A stretch of 64,000 nt of DNA from Nitrospinota bacterium (lineage in GTDB: Bacteria > Nitrospinota_A > UBA7883): contig CBDCXE010000005.1 of NCBI GenBank assembly GCA_965223725.1, positions 448,809-512,808 on the forward strand, written 5' to 3'. A program made the position numbers and the translations under genes. This document shows, in pieces, positions 60,089 to 64,000 of the stretch (position 1 is its first letter; each line of letters begins with the position of its first letter). The notes under the pieces were generated by a model, which worked only from the letters and a program-made list of their open reading frames with translations, ran no database searches and had not been told where the DNA came from.

Positions 60089-60234
60089 CAAGCGGTGGAT
60101 GGCTGATGATGGTTTTGTCATGGTTGTTTATAGTTGGGCTGAGCTTGTTTTGTATGTATAAAGTTATTACGATACGGGAACAAGACGCCAGCCGGATCAA
60201 ACCAATGACAGAAATTGACACTGGCGACACTTAG
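60085..60234 (+). CDS. Putative NSS-transporter small subunit (MetS-like small membrane protein)
   Basis: The 49-aa ORF MTSGGWLMMVLSWLFIVGLSLFCMYKVITIREQD... has a single TM segment. Its start overlaps the NSS stop (ATGA). It is below the ORF-track size cutoff. Confidence 0.5.
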   Translation: MTSGGWLMMVLSWLFIVGLSLFCMYKVITIREQDASRIKPMTEIDTGDT

Positions 60235-60375
60235 CGGTGGGGCGCTATAATGGCGCTATTATTCGCTGTCGCGCCAGTGCGGTTTCTTATATATGAAGGG
60301 GCCGGTTAAAATGAGTATGTAGACAGAAAGATGTATCCACATATCCCGACAGGGTATTTGGATTGCCCATGGCAA

Positions 60376-60450
<75 letters not shown>

Positions 60451-60488
60451 TTGATATTCAACGAAAATAGATTGTAGCCTAACAGAGG

Positions 60489-62201
60489 CTATAAATCGAG
60501 TTCTTTTTCTATCATTTTCATCAGCTCCGCCATCAGCTTCTCGGAAAAATCGAATTTCACACCAGCCGCGGCGAACAGCTCTGGCGCGGTGGCGCTGCCG
60601 CCCAGGGTCAGAGCGGACAGGTAATTGTCTATGGCCCTGCTATTGTCGCAAAGGAATTCACGATAAATCTGGAGCGCGCCGAGTTGGGCGATGGCGTATT
60701 CCACATAGTAAAACGGCACTTCGAAAATGTGCAGCACCCTGTGCCACGAGCTTGCCAGCGCCCCTTCCGGAGCGTTCGACCAATCCACACCGGTGGAGAA
60801 CCGCTGGTTTATGTTTAGCCATTCCTGCGTTCGCTCTTCCTGGGTGTGGTTCGGGTGGGTGTATACCCAATGCTGGAACAGATCAATCTTTGCCACAGCG
60901 CCAAACAGGTATACAACCCCTTGCAGATGCTCCTGCCGCGCCCGGTTGCGATCTTCGGCGTCGCCGTAAAAAGGCTCCAGCCGAGAGCCGCCCAATAGCT
61001 CCTGCGTCATGGAGGCCACCTCGGAAAACTCCATCGCGGCATGCCGATACCAGATCAGGCTCTGGTCGCGCGATTGCAATGTGTGGAACGCGTGGCCACC
61101 CTCATGCAGCAGTGTGTTCACATCGTTGTGGGAGCCGACGGCATTGGTGAAAATGAACGGCATGCGCGCCTCGGATAATGTGGTCTGATAGCCCCCCGGT
61201 GCCTTGCCCTTTCTGCTGTCGAGGTCCATGGAATGTTTTATCGATTCGAAATGAGCTCCTAACCTGTTGTCCAGGGCCATGAAAATTTCGCCTGTGCCCT
61301 TCGATAATTGCTCGGGTGTCTCAAACGGCTTCAACGGCTCCCTGCCCAGCTCGTCGCAGTCGGTGTCCCACGGATCGAGCTTATCCAGTCCCATACGCGT
61401 GCGTCGGCTTTCCGTAATCTTCTTCGCCAGCGGTATAGCGGTTTTTTCTATGGCTTCATGGAACTGCATGCAATCGTCCGGGGTATAGTCGCGAAGCTTC
61501 GAAAGGAAGCAATATTCGCGGTAATCGCTGAGCCCTAGGTTGTCCGCATACTCCGCCCTTTTGACCAGCATCTCGTCGAAAAGGTTATCGAGTTGATCCC
61601 GCTCTTCCATACGCCGGAGCGCTGTCGCGACGAAAGCCTCTTTTCGTTTAGCCCTGTCGGGCCTGCGCAGATAGTCCCGCATCTGTGGCATGGTTTTTTC
61701 CTCACCGTCAAACTTGACCATCATGCTGCCCATGATTTCCTGATACCGATGTGACAACTCCTGCAGCTTCACCTGCACCGGGATGTTCTTTTCGTCGAAC
61801 AGTTTGATCGACGTTTCGATTATCCGGTCGAGCTGGCCATAGGTTTTCTTCTCCAGGGCCGACCTGTGGGGCGATTCGACATAGCGCCGATCCAGCTTAT
61901 TATCCCATTCGGTCAGCTTTGGCTCCACCTCCCGGACGCAGACAAGGTAAGCGTCTCTCATTTGTTCGTTATCGGTGTGGCAGGTCATGTCGATATATCG
62001 CCGGGTGACATGCTCGTCGGCGATGGCCCGCAGCTCCGACCATTTTTCGAGCCAGGTTTTCAGCTCTTCCGGTGAATCGATCGGCTCCTCGGCCAATATC
62101 TGGTAGTACGGCTCCAGCATTTCCCAGCCGGTGATCTCCTCGCCTGGTGTGACGAAATTTCTGGGGTATGCGACGGCTGCATTATCGTCGGATGTTGTCA
62201 T
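60489..62201 (-). CDS. pepF: M3-family oligoendopeptidase F
   Basis: 570 aa with the zinc motif HEGGHAFH and a downstream Glu (EFSEVAS). Confidence 0.9.
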   Translation of the reverse strand: MTTSDDNAAVAYPRNFVTPGEEITGWEMLEPYYQILAEEPIDSPEELKTWLEKWSELRAIADEHVTRRYIDMTCHTDNEQMRDAYLVCVREVEPKLTEWDNKLDRRYVESPHRSALEKKTYGQLDRIIETSIKLFDEKNIPVQVKLQELSHRYQEIMGSMMVKFDGEEKTMPQMRDYLRRPDRAKRKEAFVATALRRMEERDQLDNLFDEMLVKRAEYADNLGLSDYREYCFLSKLRDYTPDDCMQFHEAIEKTAIPLAKKITESRRTRMGLDKLDPWDTDCDELGREPLKPFETPEQLSKGTGEIFMALDNRLGAHFESIKHSMDLDSRKGKAPGGYQTTLSEARMPFIFTNAVGSHNDVNTLLHEGGHAFHTLQSRDQSLIWYRHAAMEFSEVASMTQELLGGSRLEPFYGDAEDRNRARQEHLQGVVYLFGAVAKIDLFQHWVYTHPNHTQEERTQEWLNINQRFSTGVDWSNAPEGALASSWHRVLHIFEVPFYYVEYAIAQLGALQIYREFLCDNSRAIDNYLSALTLGGSATAPELFAAAGVKFDFSEKLMAELMKMIEKELDL

Positions 62202-62317
62202 TTTTATGCTCTCCTTTGCTATATCGAGCCGCTTACGTCTTGACGAAGGACGATGGAGCGAATACTATTCCAGTCTTGAATCTTCAAATTTGACTTTCTT
62301 TAGGATTGTAGAAAAAT

Positions 62318-63865
62318 ATGAGCGTCATTAAAAGGGTAATTATAAGCGTTTCCGATAAAACCGGTATTGTCGAGTTTGCCAAATCGCTGTCGAAATGGGA
62401 GCCGGAGATACTCTCCACCGGTGGCACAGCCAAAGCGTTGAGGGATGCGGGGCTTGATGTCCGCGAGGTAAGCGATTTTACAGGATTCCCGGAGATTCTG
62501 GACGGCCGCGTTAAAACTTTGCACCCGAAGATCCATGGCGGCATCCTGGGCCGACGCGATCTGGACAGCCACACGCGGCAGATGAGCGAGAACGATATCG
62601 AAGGGATCGACATGGTGGTGGTTAATCTCTATCCATTTGAAGCCACCGTGGCCAAAGGGGATGTGTCACTGGAAGAGGCGATCGAAAATATCGATATCGG
62701 CGGCCCGGCGATGATCCGGTCGGCGGCAAAGAATCATAAAGATGTGGCGGTTCTGGTCGATCCGGCTGACTATGCGAAAATCGTGGAGGAGCTGGACTCG
62801 AACGATGGCGCTTTGTCGCAGACTACCCGGCAGGAACTGGCCGTTAAAGCCTACTCCCACACCGGCTGGTACGACGGCCGGATCAGCTCCTGGTTGCGGG
62901 ATAAAGTGGGTGAAACGGAAAAACTGCCTGACCGTAAAATAATCCTGCTGGAAAAGAAACAGACCATGCGATATGGCGAAAACCCGCACCAGTCAGCCGC
63001 ATTCTATAATGTAGCAAACAGCGACAGCGCCGGAATCGCAGGCGCCGAGCAGCTACATGGCAAGGAGCTGTCGTTCAATAATATCGTTGATATGGCGGCC
63101 GCGTATGAGCTGGCGCTGGAGTTCGACGACCCATCGGTGGCGATCATCAAACATACCAACCCGTGCGGTGTGGCGTGTGACGACTCGCTGTTGCAGGCGT
63201 ATATCAATGCCCGGGAGACTGACCCGGTCTCCGCGTTCGGAGGGGTGATAGCGATAAACCGGGAGGTCGATCCGCAAACCGCCGAGGAGATATCAAAACT
63301 GTTTGTAGAGGTGGTGATTGCGCCCGGCTTCTCCGAAGGCGCCATAGCCGCATTGACCGCCAAGAAAAATGTGCGCTTGATTAATGCTCCGCCGCTGGAT
63401 ATAGAGAACGGCGTCGCATACAAGTTCATGCCGGGTGGCGCCCTGATCCAGGAGGCGGACGCCGTTACATACGACGAGACAACACTGAAGGTTGTGACAA
63501 AGCGTCAGCCGACGGAGGAAGAGATGGCGGCGCTAAAATTCGCCTGGACAGTGGCCAAACATGTGAAGTCGAACGCAATCGTATACACTGACGCCAACTC
63601 CACCATCGGTGTGGGCGCCGGGCAGATGAGCCGGGTAGATAGCGCGCGGGTGGCGGTGGAAAAGGCGCAACGGCCGGTGAAAGGCTCTGTGATGGCGTCC
63701 GATGCGTTTTTCCCTTTCCGGGATGGAATAGACGCCGCGGGCGAGGTCGGAGTGCGCGCGGTTATCCAGCCGGGCGGCTCTGTGCGGGATGAGGAAGTGA
63801 TACAATCAGCGGATGAGTATGACATGGCTATGGTTTTTACCGGTATTCGACACTTTCGGCACTAA
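62318..63865 (+). CDS. purH: Bifunctional AICAR transformylase / IMP cyclohydrolase
   Basis: 515 aa with an N-terminal MGS-like domain ([16 protein letters not shown]) and a C-terminal AICARFT domain. Confidence 0.95.
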   Translation: MSVIKRVIISVSDKTGIVEFAKSLSKWEPEILSTGGTAKALRDAGLDVREVSDFTGFPEILDGRVKTLHPKIHGGILGRRDLDSHTRQMSENDIEGIDMVVVNLYPFEATVAKGDVSLEEAIENIDIGGPAMIRSAAKNHKDVAVLVDPADYAKIVEELDSNDGALSQTTRQELAVKAYSHTGWYDGRISSWLRDKVGETEKLPDRKIILLEKKQTMRYGENPHQSAAFYNVANSDSAGIAGAEQLHGKELSFNNIVDMAAAYELALEFDDPSVAIIKHTNPCGVACDDSLLQAYINARETDPVSAFGGVIAINREVDPQTAEEISKLFVEVVIAPGFSEGAIAALTAKKNVRLINAPPLDIENGVAYKFMPGGALIQEADAVTYDETTLKVVTKRQPTEEEMAALKFAWTVAKHVKSNAIVYTDANSTIGVGAGQMSRVDSARVAVEKAQRPVKGSVMASDAFFPFRDGIDAAGEVGVRAVIQPGGSVRDEEVIQSADEYDMAMVFTGIRHFRH

Positions 63866-63867
63866 AT

Positions 63868-64000
63868 CATGACCGATATCAGCAAGCTTAACTCCTATTT
63901 CGATAAGGACACTCACTTAAAAGGTTCTATTAAATTCAAGGGTATCATTCGGTTTGATGGCCAGTTTGATGGTGAGGTGATATCGGACGACACGTTCATT
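63868..64000 (+). CDS. Bactofilin (3'-truncated by the window end)
   Basis: MTDISKLNSYFDKDTHLKGSIKFKGIIRFDGQFDGEV shows the beta-helical repeat pattern typical of bactofilin (DUF583). Confidence 0.7.

Overview
This is a 64-kb chromosomal segment from a moderately GC-rich bacterium, with several AT-rich islets. Gene content suggests a Deltaproteobacteria/Desulfobacterota-like lineage, possibly syntrophic: a Geobacter-style gspC-N type II secretion operon, EtfAB plus a membrane FeS oxidoreductase, a sigma54-dependent regulator, SpoVG, bactofilin and a selenoprotein. Most of the window is densely packed housekeeping genes: a split metH, gatB, rsgA, purA, serA, serC-like, argG, purH, pepF and tRNA-Gly.

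Features that stand out:
- An unannotated SelW-like selenoprotein gene with an in-frame UGA and a SECIS-like hairpin, invisible to the ORF track.
- A roughly 7-kb accessory module (RND pump, periplasmic adaptor, a GT2-methyltransferase fusion, and a HEPN-MNT toxin-antitoxin pair) bracketed by two diverged direct repeats of about 200-270 bp that carry arrays of 10-bp-periodic units.
- An AT-rich islet with an orphan protein bearing a HEPN-like motif.
- bioB and bioF disrupted by three +1 homopolymer frameshifts.
- An operon coupling an MtdA-like C1 dehydrogenase, an AerR/corrinoid-protein-like B12-binding protein, a PAS histidine kinase and a sigma54 response regulator.
- A TatD hydrolase fused to a radical SAM domain, next to TerC.
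- A low-GC islet encoding a secreted protein and a carbohydrate-binding-module (CBM)-like/VanZ membrane protein.
- Tandem PilZ proteins just after the T2SS operon.
- A cytochrome-b-like membrane protein paired with a ferredoxin-flavoprotein.

No CRISPR arrays, transposases or integrases were seen.
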